Below, one piece after another: positions 37,703-49,159 of a DNA stretch of 64,000 bases. The DNA is taken from NCBI RefSeq assembly GCF_058153355.1, contig NZ_CM177019.1. One strand, written 5' to 3'. The notes under the pieces are model-generated. The model saw nothing but the letters and a program-made list of their open reading frames with translations. It did no database searches and was not told where the DNA came from. The position numbers and the translations under genes are program-made. Numbering within the stretch: the stretch's first letter is position 1; every line of letters starts with the position of its first letter.

Positions 37703-39328
37703 ATGAATATTTTCACAGAGGCTGCAAAACTTGAAGAGCAAAATTGTCCGTTTGCGATGGCGCAAATTGTTGATAGCCGAGGCTCGACTCCCCGCCATTC
37801 TGCACAAATGTTAGTGCGCGCCGATGGTTCTATCGTCGGTACAATTGGTGGTGGAATGGTTGAGCGGAAGGTGATTGAAGAGTCGCTTCAGGCATTGCAG
37901 GAACGTAAGCCGCGATTATTCCATGGACGTATGGCTCGTAACGGTGTGGATGCTGTCGGGTCAGATTGTGGAGGTGCAATGTCCGTGTTTATCAGCGTCC
38001 ATGGTATGCGTCCTCGTCTGGTGTTGATTGGCGCGGGGCATGTCAACCGGGCGATAGCCCAGAGTGCGGCGCTATTAGGATTTGATATTGCCGTTGCCGA
38101 TATTTATCGCGAAAGCCTTAATCCTGAATTATTCCCACCATCAACCACGCTTCTCCATGCTGAGTCGTTTGGTGCGGCAGTGGAAGCACTGGATATTCGC
38201 CCTGATAATTTTGTCCTGATTGCCACGAATAATCAGGATCGTGAAGCCCTCGACAAACTCATTGAACAGCCCATTGCATGGCTGGGGTTGCTGGCAAGTC
38301 GCCGCAAGGTTCAGCTTTTCCTACGTCAATTGCGTGAGAAAGGCGTGGCTGAAGAACATATTGCCCGTTTACATGCGCCCGTTGGTTACAACATAGGTGC
38401 GGAAACGCCGCAGGAGATCGCCATCAGCGTGCTGGCAGAAATATTACAGGTGAAAAATAACGCGCCGGGTGGGCTGATGATGAAACCTTCTCATCCTTCC
38501 GGACACCAGCTGGTGGTGATTCGCGGTGCGGGGGATATCGCCAGTGGTGTGGCGCTACGTCTGTATCATGCGGGTTTTAAAGTGATCATGCTGGAAGTGG
38601 AAAAACCGACAGTGATTCGTTGTACCGTGGCGTTTGCCCAGGCCGTGTTCGATGGCGAAATGACGGTCGAAGGCGTCACTGCCCGCCTGGCAACCAGCTC
38701 TGCGGAAGCGATGAAACTTACCGAACGCGGATTCATCACTGTGATGGTAGATCCCGCCTGTTCATTGCTTGATGAACTGAAACCGCTTTGCGTGGTGGAC
38801 GCTATTCTGGCGAAACAGAATTTGGGTACGCGGGCAGATATGGCACCAGTAACAATCGCGCTTGGGCCGGGCTTTACTGCTGGAAAGGATTGCCATGCGG
38901 TAATTGAAACAAATCGCGGGCACTGGCTCGGTCAGGTGATTTACTCTGGTTGTGCGCAGGAGAATACCGGTGTTCCCGGCAATATTATGGGGCATACCAC
39001 CCGACGGGTGATCCGTGCTCCTGCTGCAGGCATTATGCGATCCAACGTGAAATTAGGCGATCTGGTGAAAGAGGGCGATGTGATTGCCTGGATTGGTGAG
39101 CATGAAATTAAAGCACCGTTGACGGGGATGGTGCGTGGCTTGTTGAACGACGGACTGGCGGTGGTCGGTGGTTTTAAAATTGGTGATATCGATCCACGTG
39201 GTGAAACGGCTGATTTCACCAGCGTTTCTGATAAAGCCCGGGCAATTGGCGGCGGCGTACTTGAGGCGTTAATGATGTTGATGCATCAGGGCGTTAAAGC
39301 GACAAAAGAAGTGCTGGAAGTGGCTTAA
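37703..39328 (+). CDS. yqeB: XdhC/CoxI-family Mo-hydroxylase maturation protein YqeB (541 aa)
   Basis: 541 aa; XdhC-like Rossmann region (LVLIGAGHV). Confidence 0.85.
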   Translation: MNIFTEAAKLEEQNCPFAMAQIVDSRGSTPRHSAQMLVRADGSIVGTIGGGMVERKVIEESLQALQERKPRLFHGRMARNGVDAVGSDCGGAMSVFISVHGMRPRLVLIGAGHVNRAIAQSAALLGFDIAVADIYRESLNPELFPPSTTLLHAESFGAAVEALDIRPDNFVLIATNNQDREALDKLIEQPIAWLGLLASRRKVQLFLRQLREKGVAEEHIARLHAPVGYNIGAETPQEIAISVLAEILQVKNNAPGGLMMKPSHPSGHQLVVIRGAGDIASGVALRLYHAGFKVIMLEVEKPTVIRCTVAFAQAVFDGEMTVEGVTARLATSSAEAMKLTERGFITVMVDPACSLLDELKPLCVVDAILAKQNLGTRADMAPVTIALGPGFTAGKDCHAVIETNRGHWLGQVIYSGCAQENTGVPGNIMGHTTRRVIRAPAAGIMRSNVKLGDLVKEGDVIAWIGEHEIKAPLTGMVRGLLNDGLAVVGGFKIGDIDPRGETADFTSVSDKARAIGGGVLEALMMLMHQGVKATKEVLEVA

Positions 39329-39368
39329 ATGAAAATGGCCGGATGGTATTACCCACCCGGCCTTTAAA

Positions 39369-40301
39369 TTACTGACAAATCACCGTTCCGGTTTTGCCTT
39401 CAATCCCTTCTTTCGCTTTGCTCAATACGGTAATCAGTGCTTCGCGTCCAGCGCGAGAGCGAGCAAACGAGGCGGCTGCTTCCACTTTAGGCAGCATAGA
39501 ACCTTTCGCAAAATGACCTTCTTCGATAAAGCGTTCAGCATCACTTAATGACAGGCGATCGAGCCACTGTTCGTTCTCTTTACCGAAGTTAATGGCCACT
39601 TTTTCTACCGCAGTCAGAATGATCAGCATATCGGCATCAATCATTTCTGCTAAACGGGCGCTGGCCCAGTCTTTATCAATAACCGCGCTGGCACCACGCA
39701 GATGGTTACCTTCACGAATAACAGGAATACCACCACCGCCAACGGTGATCACCACCTGGCCTGCTTCTACCAGCGCTTTTACCGTCTCTTTTTCAATGAT
39801 ATCAACCGGTTTTGGTGAAGCAACAACACGACGATAGCCGCGACCAGCATCTTCTTTCAGGGTGTAGCCCTGTTTTGTCAGAAGTTCAGCTTCCTGCTCG
39901 GTAAAGAACGAACCGATCGGTTTGGTCGGGTTGAGGAATGCCGGATCGTTAGCGTCGACTTCGACCTGGGTCACCAGAGTGACAACGGGTTTATGAATGC
40001 CACGGGAGAGCAACTCTTCCCTTAAGGCGTTTTGTAGATCGTAACCAATATAACCCTGGCTTAAGGCAACACAGACGGACATCGGCAGCATTGGCGAGTG
40101 CGCTTCAGTTTTTGCCGCGGCTTCAAAGGCCTGGTTAATCATGCCTACCTGCGGCCCGTTACCATGAGTGACGATGACCTCATGTCCCTGGGCAATTAAA
40201 TCAACAATTGCCTGAGACGTAATTTTTACCGCTTTCATTTGTCCGGCTAGATCGTCGCCCAGCGCATTCCCGCCCAGGGCGAGAACAATTTTCTTACTCA
40301 T
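39369..40301 (-). CDS. yqeA: carbamate kinase-like protein (310 aa)
   Basis: Amino-acid-kinase fold (KKIVLALGGNAL); 310 aa. Confidence 0.9.
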   Translation of the reverse strand: MSKKIVLALGGNALGDDLAGQMKAVKITSQAIVDLIAQGHEVIVTHGNGPQVGMINQAFEAAAKTEAHSPMLPMSVCVALSQGYIGYDLQNALREELLSRGIHKPVVTLVTQVEVDANDPAFLNPTKPIGSFFTEQEAELLTKQGYTLKEDAGRGYRRVVASPKPVDIIEKETVKALVEAGQVVITVGGGGIPVIREGNHLRGASAVIDKDWASARLAEMIDADMLIILTAVEKVAINFGKENEQWLDRLSLSDAERFIEEGHFAKGSMLPKVEAAASFARSRAGREALITVLSKAKEGIEGKTGTVICQ

Positions 40302-40348
40302 TTTTCCTCACTCATCATTCTTGATTGTGTATAGATCCCTGGCAGTGG

Positions 40349-41734
40349 TTAGAGCACGGGAGGGACAAACGGTTTGCGTCGCAGGAAACGACCTCGCCCG
40401 GCTTTGCCTGTAAAGGTGCCGTCACAGAAAATCGTTTCACCACGGGATAATGTTCTGACAATCGCGCCCTGACAGGTAAACCCCTCCCAGGGCGAGTAGT
40501 CGGCGTTGTCGTGGAGATGGCGATGCTGAATTTGTTGGCTCTGACGTGGGTCGATAATCACCACGTCACCATCGGAACCGGGTGCTAATATCCCTTTTTG
40601 CGGCCACAGGCCAAACAGCCTGGCGGGCATTGCGCTGGTTAGTTCAACAAAACGCTCCGGTGTGATACGTCCCGTCATCACGCCACTGGAAAACAGTAAC
40701 TGCATGCGGTTTTCCACACCGGGTAAGCCATTTGGGCAGCGACTGAAATCGCCTTTAGAAATTTGCAGGCGTTGAGCCATCGAGAAGGTGCAGTGATCGG
40801 TCGCCACCACGTCAATCGCACCATCGCTGATGCCACACCACAGTTTGTCCTGCTCGCGTACGTTACGCAGCGGTGGGCTAAGAATGAACTTCATGCCATC
40901 TTCTGTATCGTAACTGCGTTCGTCCAACAGGAGATATTGTGGGCAGGTTTCAACCCAGACTGGCTGGTGATTCGCACGGGCAAGACGCAGATAATCCAGA
41001 CCTAAGCCGTTAGAGAGGTGGACGATATAGAGCGGGGCGTTACCGGCAATTTGTGCCAGGTTAATCATGCGTGCGATGGCTTCCGCTTCGCATTCCAGAG
41101 GGCGACTCAAGGCGTGATAGCGCGGCGCGGTTAACCCTGCGGCAATAAACTCCGCCCGCTTGCTGGCGATAGCCGCGTCATTTTCCGGGTGCACGGTGGT
41201 CAGTGCGCCAGACTCATGCAAGCGGCGTAATGCCTGCAACACTTCATCATCGTTGAGTTTATATTGATAGGTTAAATAGAGTTTAAAACTGCTCAGCCCT
41301 TCTTCGACCATCATCGGAATTTCGTCGAGGATGGCGTGATTAATGTGCTGGATAACACCGTGAAAGCTGTAGTCAATAACCGCTTTATGGGCGGCATAGC
41401 CACGATAAACTTCCAGTTGATGGCGTAACCGGCAGCCATTTGGTCCAAATCCCATATGGTCAATAATGGTTGTTGTACCGCCACACGCAGCTGCGCGGGT
41501 ACCGGTAAAAAAATCATCACAACTGCGCGCGATGCCGACATCAATATTGAAGTGTGTATGGACATCTACGCCGCCAGGGAAAACGTAACAGCCAGTAGCA
41601 TCAATTTCTTCATAAGGGAGCTGCGGCGAAATATCGGTGCCCAACTGGCGAACAATCCCGCTTTCAATCAGCAAATCCTGTTTGGCTTGTCCATCTGCGT
41701 TAACGATAGTGCCGTTTTTGATCAATACGCGCAT
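40349..41734 (-). CDS. hyuA: D-phenylhydantoinase / dihydropyrimidinase-like amidohydrolase (461 aa)
   Basis: ORF 40349..41746; start MRVLIKNGTIV; HxH metal motif (VDVHTHFN). Confidence 0.9.
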   Translation of the reverse strand: MRVLIKNGTIVNADGQAKQDLLIESGIVRQLGTDISPQLPYEEIDATGCYVFPGGVDVHTHFNIDVGIARSCDDFFTGTRAAACGGTTTIIDHMGFGPNGCRLRHQLEVYRGYAAHKAVIDYSFHGVIQHINHAILDEIPMMVEEGLSSFKLYLTYQYKLNDDEVLQALRRLHESGALTTVHPENDAAIASKRAEFIAAGLTAPRYHALSRPLECEAEAIARMINLAQIAGNAPLYIVHLSNGLGLDYLRLARANHQPVWVETCPQYLLLDERSYDTEDGMKFILSPPLRNVREQDKLWCGISDGAIDVVATDHCTFSMAQRLQISKGDFSRCPNGLPGVENRMQLLFSSGVMTGRITPERFVELTSAMPARLFGLWPQKGILAPGSDGDVVIIDPRQSQQIQHRHLHDNADYSPWEGFTCQGAIVRTLSRGETIFCDGTFTGKAGRGRFLRRKPFVPPVL

Positions 41735-41786
41735 AGCAAACTCCAAAAACCCTCCGGCGAACCGGAGGGGAATAAGTGAAGAATAA

Positions 41787-42998
41787 TTATTCGGTTGCCA
41801 GCCAGCTTAACGGGATTGCAGCGTACATAGCGGCACAGGTCACCAGGTGAGATTTCCAGGTTTTTTCGTTAGGTGCGTGCGCTTCAGGTTCTTTACCAGG
41901 GCCAAAACCGATCACCGGAATGCCGTGACGACCCATGATGGAGACGCCGTTAGTTGAGAAGGTCCACTTATCAACAACCGGCGCTTTGCCAAACAGCCCT
42001 TCGTAGGCGTTTACCAGGGCTTTAACAGTGAAGTGATCTTCTTCCACTTTCCAGGTCGGGAAGTAGCATTCGGTTGGGTAAACCAGGCCAGTCCAGGAAG
42101 GACGGTCGTAGTTGTACATAGAAACAACCGCGTTAGCTTTCTGTACCGCAGGCAGGGCGCGGATTTCGTCCAGCGCGCCTTCCCAGGTTTCGCCCCAGGT
42201 CAGACGACGGTCAATTGAAACTGCGCAGCTGTCTGCTACAGCGCAACGGCTTGGAGATGTGAAGAAGATTTCAGAAACGGTGAGGGTGCCTTTGCCGAGG
42301 AATTCGTCATAGCCCAGGCGCTGGGAGAGTTCCTGCAATTCGCCAAGAATCGGACCCATTTTGAAAATGGCGTTATCACCGCGTTCTGGCGCAGAGCCGT
42401 GGCAGCTAACGCCCTGAACATCAATGCGAATTTCCATACGACCGCGTTGACCACGATATACCTGGCAGTCGGTTGGTTCGGTACTGACCACAAATTCCGG
42501 GCGAATGCCAGATTGTTCAATAATGTACTGCCAGCACAGACCGTCGCAGTCTTCTTCCTGCACAGTGCCGGTGACCAGCAGGGTGTATTCATCTTCCAGA
42601 CCGAGGTCTTTAATGATTTTACCGGCATAAACCATAGATGCCATGCCGCCTTCCTGGTCGGAAGTACCACGGCCGCCGATCAGCTCATCAGTTTCCATGC
42701 CTTCGTACGGATCGAAGTCCCAGTTTTTGATGTTGCCAATGCCGACGGTGTCGATATGCGCGTCCATCGCCACCAGACGCGGGCCGTGACCGATATAACC
42801 GAGCACGTTGCCCATCGGGTCGATTTCAACTTTATCGAAGCCGACTTTTTCCATCTCTTCTTTAATACGATGCACTACGCGTTTTTCGTCGCAGCTTTCG
42901 CTGGGGATCGCAACCATGTCGCGCAGGAAGCGAGTCATGTCTGCCTGGTAATCTTTTGCTTTTTCAAGAATCAGTTTGAATGGAATATTCTTAGCCAT
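41787..42998 (-). CDS. ygeY: M20-family peptidase / deacylase (403 aa)
   Basis: ArgE/DapE/CPG2 family signatures; 403 aa. Confidence 0.9.
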
Positions 42999-43055
42999 TA
43001 TTTTTCTCCAGATTTTTTACTCCCCGTTTGGCGGGGAGCAGTTCCAATAGGGTGA

Positions 43056-44252
43056 TTAAGGTGCTACAGAGTGTTTGCCTTCCCAGACAACTTCGCGGTA
43101 GTGCTTCACGTCGGTGTCGCCTTCAGTGCTGATAACCAGCACCACTGCATCTTTGTTCAGCGCCAGTTTTTCCATCAGGCTTTGACGTTGCGGGTGATAA
43201 TGAACCGCCGCGAGAACGCCTAAACCGACAGCGCCGGATTCACCGGAGATGATGCGCGGGTCGTTGCCGTACGGATTACCCAGCACGCGCATACCTAATG
43301 CGGCAACGCTGTCCTGGCAGGAGATGAATTGGGTGGCGCAGTTACGTAGGATTTCCCAGCCCAGTGGGTTAGGTTCGCCGCAAGCCAGGCCCGCCATGAT
43401 AGTGGCCATATCGCCGCCAACGTTGACGATGTCGCCTTTGACACCAGAACGATAGATACAGTCAGCTTTGTCAGGTTCAACAATAATGCTGTGCAGATTT
43501 TGCGGGCTGTAGACGTCGACCAGATAACCCAGCACACCACCGGCCATAGCACCGACACCGGCTTGCAGCAGAACGTGCGTCGGGGTTACGCCCATTTCAC
43601 GCATTTGCTCTACGGCTTCATCTGCCAGGGTGGCGTAACCTTGCATGATCCAGGTTGGGATTTTGGTGTAGCCTTCCCTGGCGGTATCTTGCACCACTTC
43701 CCAGCCGTGTTGCTGCGCGTGTTGCATGGTCAGACGAACGGTATCGTCATAGTTCATATCAGTGACGATGCACTCGGCTCCGAGGTTCAGAATGGCGTCA
43801 ACGCGTTCCTGAGCGGAACCTTTCGGCATGTAAATTACCGCGTTCTGACCGAGTTGCTGTGCTGCCCAGGCAACACCGCGCCCGTGGTTGCCGTCGGTCG
43901 TTGTAGCAAATGTCATTTTTTCGCCGATGGCATTTTTCAGATGCTCGAATGACAGTGTTTCGATATCAAGATGATATTTTTCGCACAACAACTGAGCGAT
44001 GGCATATGCGCCGCCGAGCATTTTGAATGCGTTCAGACCGAATCGTTTTGATTCGTCCTTAACGAGAATTTTTTTTACCCCAAAAAGGTTTGCGAGATCG
44101 TCCAGCGCGCAAAGTGGTGTTGGGCGATAGCCAGCAATTTTCTGGTGGAACTGGCGCGCCAGTTTTGCCTGGCTTTGCGAAAAGAGCGGTGATGTTTCGC
44201 CGTTGAAAAATTTGTTATCGGCGATATCAATCTTCAATGAGAAAACGGACAT
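43056..44252 (-). CDS. dpaL: 2,3-diaminopropionate ammonia-lyase (PLP, 398 aa)
   Basis: PLP fold-type II enzyme; 398 aa (YgeX). Confidence 0.9.
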   Translation of the reverse strand: MSVFSLKIDIADNKFFNGETSPLFSQSQAKLARQFHQKIAGYRPTPLCALDDLANLFGVKKILVKDESKRFGLNAFKMLGGAYAIAQLLCEKYHLDIETLSFEHLKNAIGEKMTFATTTDGNHGRGVAWAAQQLGQNAVIYMPKGSAQERVDAILNLGAECIVTDMNYDDTVRLTMQHAQQHGWEVVQDTAREGYTKIPTWIMQGYATLADEAVEQMREMGVTPTHVLLQAGVGAMAGGVLGYLVDVYSPQNLHSIIVEPDKADCIYRSGVKGDIVNVGGDMATIMAGLACGEPNPLGWEILRNCATQFISCQDSVAALGMRVLGNPYGNDPRIISGESGAVGLGVLAAVHYHPQRQSLMEKLALNKDAVVLVISTEGDTDVKHYREVVWEGKHSVAP

Positions 44253-44310
44253 ATCCTATCCTTTTGGCCTCTGGAAATAGAGAGCCGACCTGTCGATCGG
44301 CCCGAGGGGG

Positions 44311-45501
44311 TTATTTCACGCGTTCTTGCGCTTCTTTCAGCAGTTGTTCGAGCAGTGCGCCTGGTTTGGAATATTTACGGGAAAGGATCATTGCTGCGAT
44401 GATGTATGGCTTCCAGCTGGCTTCTTTGTAGGTCGCGATACGGTATTTTTCGAATACGCCTTCAGTGACTTCACCTTCTTTGCAGGATACGCCGCTGATA
44501 TCTGCTGGCAGGCAGTGCATGTACAGGGCTTCGCCATCACGGGTCAGTTCCATCATCTCTTCAGTGCAATGCCAGTCTTTGTGTTGCGCGTTCTGTGCCA
44601 GACACTGTTTTTCCAGTGCTTTTAAGCCTTCGTGATCGTTCGCACGCAGCAGTTCAGTACGCTCTTCCATCACTTTGTAAGGTGCCCATGACTTCGGATA
44701 AACGATGTCTGCGTCTTTGAAGGCTTCTTCCATGCTGGTGACCTGACGGAAGCTACCGCCAGAGGCTTTAGCATTATTTTTCGCTACTTCAACTACATCC
44801 GGGATCAAATCGTAGCCTTCCGGATGGGCCAGGGTGACGTCCATACCGAAGCGGGTCATCAGGCCGATAATGCCTTGCGGTACAGAGAGCGGTTTGCCGT
44901 AGCTTGGGGAGTATGCCCAGGTCATGGCGATTTTTTTACCTTTCAGGTTTTCGAGCGAACCAAAGTGTTCACGCAACCATGCCAGGTCAGCCATTGACTG
45001 AGTCGGATGGTCGATATCGCATTGCAGGTTCACTAAAGCCGGACGCTGTGGAAGCACGCCCTGCTTGTAGCCGTCATCAAGCGCAGCGCCAACTTCACGC
45101 ATATAGGCGTTACCTGCGCCCAGATACATATCGTCACGAATACCAATAGCGTCGGCGCAGAAGGAGATCATATTGGCGGTTTCACGTACGGTTTCGCCGT
45201 GAGCGATTTGTGATTTGCCTTCGTCGAGATCTTGCTGTGCAAGGCCGAGCAGGTTAAGCGCGGAAGCATAAGAGAAGCGGGTACGGGTGGAGTTGTCGCG
45301 GAATACGGAAATACCTAATCCACTATTAAAGACTTTGGTTGAGATGTTTTCAGCACGCAGTGCTTTTAATGCTGCGGCAACGTCCAGTACTTGTTTCAGT
45401 TCATCAGGCGTCTGTTCCCACGTTAACAAAAAATCTTTCTCGTGAAGGTGAGAGGTCAGCGAATTGATATCCTTAATCAGCTCATTAACAGTTTTCATCA
45501 T
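44311..45501 (-). CDS. ygeW: putative carbamoyltransferase (OTC/ATC family, 396 aa)
   Basis: STRTR carbamoyl-phosphate-binding motif (NSTRTRFS); 396 aa. Confidence 0.9.
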   Translation of the reverse strand: MMKTVNELIKDINSLTSHLHEKDFLLTWEQTPDELKQVLDVAAALKALRAENISTKVFNSGLGISVFRDNSTRTRFSYASALNLLGLAQQDLDEGKSQIAHGETVRETANMISFCADAIGIRDDMYLGAGNAYMREVGAALDDGYKQGVLPQRPALVNLQCDIDHPTQSMADLAWLREHFGSLENLKGKKIAMTWAYSPSYGKPLSVPQGIIGLMTRFGMDVTLAHPEGYDLIPDVVEVAKNNAKASGGSFRQVTSMEEAFKDADIVYPKSWAPYKVMEERTELLRANDHEGLKALEKQCLAQNAQHKDWHCTEEMMELTRDGEALYMHCLPADISGVSCKEGEVTEGVFEKYRIATYKEASWKPYIIAAMILSRKYSKPGALLEQLLKEAQERVK

Positions 45502-45976
45502 AAAGTCCCGGTAGTGGAATGACAGGCAAAGTGGTTTATTTCACTGTGACTTGCCAAAGTGATTGGTGTTTTCACAGCTATACCAGGGACTAACAATAAG
45601 TGTGCCAGAATTATCCACGCGGCTATAAAAGACTAATTTGACGGGTAATGTGTGGTGTAGATCACAAATTGATGCCAGCTTCCGGTTGTGTGTAAAATAC
45701 GAAAACGTTTGGCTTTTTTTATTGCGTTGTTTATTTGCTGCTAAGTATCAGAAATAAGATAAAGGGGCAGGCTATCCCTCGTCAGTTTGATAAACTCACC
45801 GCTGTAATTCTCATATTGATATAGAAATGTGATATCTCTTCCATAATTTCATTAGAAAGTGATAAAAACCTTATGTTTTTATCAAAGCCAATTTCGCCTG
45901 AGTTAATATCATGATGATCTGTGAACCATCAACGTCTTCAATGATCGACTTTTAAGTAAGTCTGGAAGGTAAAGCT

Positions 45977-47755
45977 ATGGAGCTTGCTACTACGCAGTCA
46001 GTATTGATGCAAATTCAACCGACAATTCAGCGTTTTGCCAGAATGCTTGCCAGCGTTTTGCAGCTTGAGGTTGAGATCGTTGATGAAAACTTGTGTCGCG
46101 TCGCCGGAACGGGCGCGTATGGGAAGTTTCTTGGCCGCCAGTTGAGCGGCAACTCACGCCTGCTCCGCCACGTCCTGGAAACGAAAACTGAAAAAGTTGT
46201 GACACAGTCTCGCTTCGATCCCCTTTGCGAAGGTTGCGATAATAAAGATAATTGTCGCGAAAAAGCATTTCTGGGTACGCCTGTCATTTTACAGGATCGT
46301 TGTGTTGGGGTGATAAGTTTGATTGCAGTTACCCACGAGCAACAAGAACATATCAGTGATAATTTACGCGAGTTTTCTGATTACGTTCGCCATATATCCA
46401 CCATTTTTGTTTCGAAACTTCTGGAAGATCAGGGACCAGGAGATAACATCAGTAAAATATTTGCGACCATGATCGATAATATGGATCAGGGCGTTTTAGT
46501 TGTTGATGACGAAAATCGGGTTCAGTTTGTTAATCAGACTGCCTTAAAAACACTCGGTGTTGTGCAAAATAATATTATTGGGAAACCTATTCGTTTCAGA
46601 CCATTAACATTTGAGAGTAATTTTACCCATGGACATATGCAGCATATTGTTTCGTGGGACGATAAAAGTGAATTAATCATTGGTCAATTACATAACATTC
46701 AGGGCCGACAATTATTTTTAATGGCGTTTCACCAATCGCATACCAGTTTTTCTGTAGCAAATGCACCTGATGAACCGCATATTGAACAATTGGTTGGCGA
46801 GTGCCGTGTTATGCGGCAATTAAAACGACTCATTAGCCGTATTGCACCCAGCCCATCCAGCGTTATGGTGGTTGGTGAAAGCGGCACGGGTAAAGAAGTC
46901 GTCGCGCGTGCAATCCATAAGTTGAGTGGAAGACGAAATAAACCCTTTATTGCTATCAACTGTGCCGCGATTCCTGAACAACTTCTGGAGAGCGAACTAT
47001 TCGGTTATGTTAAAGGCGCATTTACTGGCGCTTCAGCCAACGGTAAAACAGGGTTGATTCAGGCGGCGAATACGGGCACGCTGTTTCTCGATGAAATTGG
47101 TGATATGCCATTAATGTTGCAGGCTAAATTACTGCGCGCTATTGAGGCGCGTGAAATACTGCCGATTGGTGCCAGTAGCCCAATTCAGGTCGACATCCGT
47201 ATCATTTCTGCAACTAACCAGAATTTGGCCCAGTTCATCGCCGAAGGTAAATTCCGCGAAGATCTCTTCTACCGACTTAATGTTATCCCGATCACTCTTC
47301 CACCGCTGCGTGAACGTCAGGAAGATATTGAACTGCTGGTACATTACTTTTTACATCTGCATACCCGTCGTCTGGGATCGGTTTATCCGGGTATTGCTCC
47401 CGATGTCGTCGAGATATTGCGTAAGCATCGTTGGCCCGGAAACCTGCGCGAGTTAAGCAATTTAATGGAATATCTGGTTAACGTTGTTCCTTCAGGTGAA
47501 GTTATCGACAGCACGCTATTGCCGCCAAATTTGCTGAATAATGGCACAACAGAGCAAAGTGATGTAACAGAGGTCAGCGAGGCGCACTTGACACTCGATG
47601 ATGCGGGCGGCACGGCGCTGGAGGAGATGGAAAAGCAAATGATCCGCGAGGCACTTTCACGTCATAACAGCAAGAAGCAAGTTGCTGATGAACTGGGTAT
47701 CGGCATTGCTACGCTCTATCGCAAGATAAAGAAATATGAGTTGTTAAACGCATAA
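45977..47755 (+). CDS. ygeV: sigma54-dependent transcriptional activator (592 aa)
   Basis: AAA+ central domain with GESGTGKE Walker A and GAFTGA sigma54-contact motif; C-terminal Fis-type HTH. Confidence 0.92.
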   Translation: MELATTQSVLMQIQPTIQRFARMLASVLQLEVEIVDENLCRVAGTGAYGKFLGRQLSGNSRLLRHVLETKTEKVVTQSRFDPLCEGCDNKDNCREKAFLGTPVILQDRCVGVISLIAVTHEQQEHISDNLREFSDYVRHISTIFVSKLLEDQGPGDNISKIFATMIDNMDQGVLVVDDENRVQFVNQTALKTLGVVQNNIIGKPIRFRPLTFESNFTHGHMQHIVSWDDKSELIIGQLHNIQGRQLFLMAFHQSHTSFSVANAPDEPHIEQLVGECRVMRQLKRLISRIAPSPSSVMVVGESGTGKEVVARAIHKLSGRRNKPFIAINCAAIPEQLLESELFGYVKGAFTGASANGKTGLIQAANTGTLFLDEIGDMPLMLQAKLLRAIEAREILPIGASSPIQVDIRIISATNQNLAQFIAEGKFREDLFYRLNVIPITLPPLRERQEDIELLVHYFLHLHTRRLGSVYPGIAPDVVEILRKHRWPGNLRELSNLMEYLVNVVPSGEVIDSTLLPPNLLNNGTTEQSDVTEVSEAHLTLDDAGGTALEEMEKQMIREALSRHNSKKQVADELGIGIATLYRKIKKYELLNA

Positions 47756-47794
47756 CCTCAGTAAATCCGGCCTGAGTTCAGGCCGGATATCCTT

Positions 47795-48274
47795 TTACTT
47801 CGTTTTCTCGCAATCCAGAACTGTATTTACAATCATCTGATACCCCGTGCAGCGACAAAGATTTCCCGCCAGGCCGCGACGAATCTCCGTAATAGTTAAT
47901 GGCTTCTCGCGTGGTTTCGCCAGCATTGCCGTGGTAGCCATAATCAGGCCAGGCGTACAAAACCCGCACTGCACCGCGCCGGATTTCGCATAAGCTTGCT
48001 GGACATGAGAAAGTTTTCCGCCTTTCGCTTCACCTTCCAGCGTGCGGATTTCTTTGCCTTCAGCCCAGGCGGCAAGGTATAAGCAACTGTCTATCGCAGT
48101 ACCGTCGACCAGCACCGTACAGGCACCACATTCACCCACGCAGCAACCTTGCTTGACGCTTAGCAGTCCTTGTTCGCGGAGTAATTCCGAGAGCGGCGTG
48201 CCTGGCGCGGCGTGAAGCTGAAAAGGTATCTCGTTAATGGTGCATTCGATGGTAATTGTTTCGCTGTGATTCAT
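47795..48274 (-). CDS. xdhC: xanthine dehydrogenase 2Fe-2S subunit (159 aa)
   Basis: Two [2Fe-2S] cysteine motifs ([16 protein letters not shown]...CRCTGY). Confidence 0.92.
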   Translation of the reverse strand: MNHSETITIECTINEIPFQLHAAPGTPLSELLREQGLLSVKQGCCVGECGACTVLVDGTAIDSCLYLAAWAEGKEIRTLEGEAKGGKLSHVQQAYAKSGAVQCGFCTPGLIMATTAMLAKPREKPLTITEIRRGLAGNLCRCTGYQMIVNTVLDCEKTK

Positions 48275-49149
48275 TGCAATTTTCCCCCCGCCGCGGCGAC
48301 GGCTTCACTAATCACTTTTTTGGTCATCGTCTGGATGAGATGCAGACGAAACTCTTTGCTGGCCCGCCATGATGAACGCGGGGCGACATCCTGCAGGACT
48401 GATTCGCTGATGGCTTCCAGCGTTTGCAGGTTTAATGGCGCATTTTGTGCAGTTTGTTCGGCATGTTGGCAGCGAATCGGCGTTGGCGCGGCAACGCCAA
48501 ATGCCAGGCGTAATTCGCTGAAATTGCCGTTATCCAGTCGGCAATGTGCGGCACAGCCAATCGTTGAAATATCCATCGCATCGCGCATGGCATATTTGAA
48601 ATGCGCGCTGCCTGCGTGTTCTTTCGGCTGGGGCGGAAAATGAAAGGCGACAAGGATTTCGTCATGCTCAAGGGACACTTTGCCCGGTCCGGTGTGGAAG
48701 CCATTAATCGGGACGAAATGAACACCGCGCGGGGAGTGGATCTCCAGCTTCGCATCATAAATTAGCGTTGGCGTGGCAGAATCCGCGCTGGTGGCTCCGT
48801 TGCAAATATTTCCTCCGTAGGTAGCGACGTTACGGATCTGCGGCCCGGCAATGGATGATGCCGCAGCACATAATGCCGGGAGATGACGTTGAGTTACAGG
48901 ATCTTCAATGAGCTGGGTAAATGTCGTTGCTGAGCCGATGCGTAGCGAGTCATCTTCCGCTAGCGTAATTCCACGAAGCTCCGTCAGATTGTGGATATCA
49001 ACAATATGGCGATAACGGTCATTGTGATGGTGGAGCTGAATCAGTACGTCAGTGCCACCGGCGAGCAGTTTGGCCTGCGGGTTGTCAGCCAGCAGGTTGA
49101 TGGCATCGGCAAGGGTTGCTGCGCGATGGTAAGAAGCAAAATCAAACAT
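48271..49149 (-). CDS. xdhB: xanthine dehydrogenase FAD-binding subunit (292 aa)
   Basis: 292 aa; 4-nt overlap with xdhC start. Confidence 0.92.
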   Translation of the reverse strand: MFDFASYHRAATLADAINLLADNPQAKLLAGGTDVLIQLHHHNDRYRHIVDIHNLTELRGITLAEDDSLRIGSATTFTQLIEDPVTQRHLPALCAAASSIAGPQIRNVATYGGNICNGATSADSATPTLIYDAKLEIHSPRGVHFVPINGFHTGPGKVSLEHDEILVAFHFPPQPKEHAGSAHFKYAMRDAMDISTIGCAAHCRLDNGNFSELRLAFGVAAPTPIRCQHAEQTAQNAPLNLQTLEAISESVLQDVAPRSSWRASKEFRLHLIQTMTKKVISEAVAAAGGKLQ

Positions 49150-49159
49150 GATGTTATCC

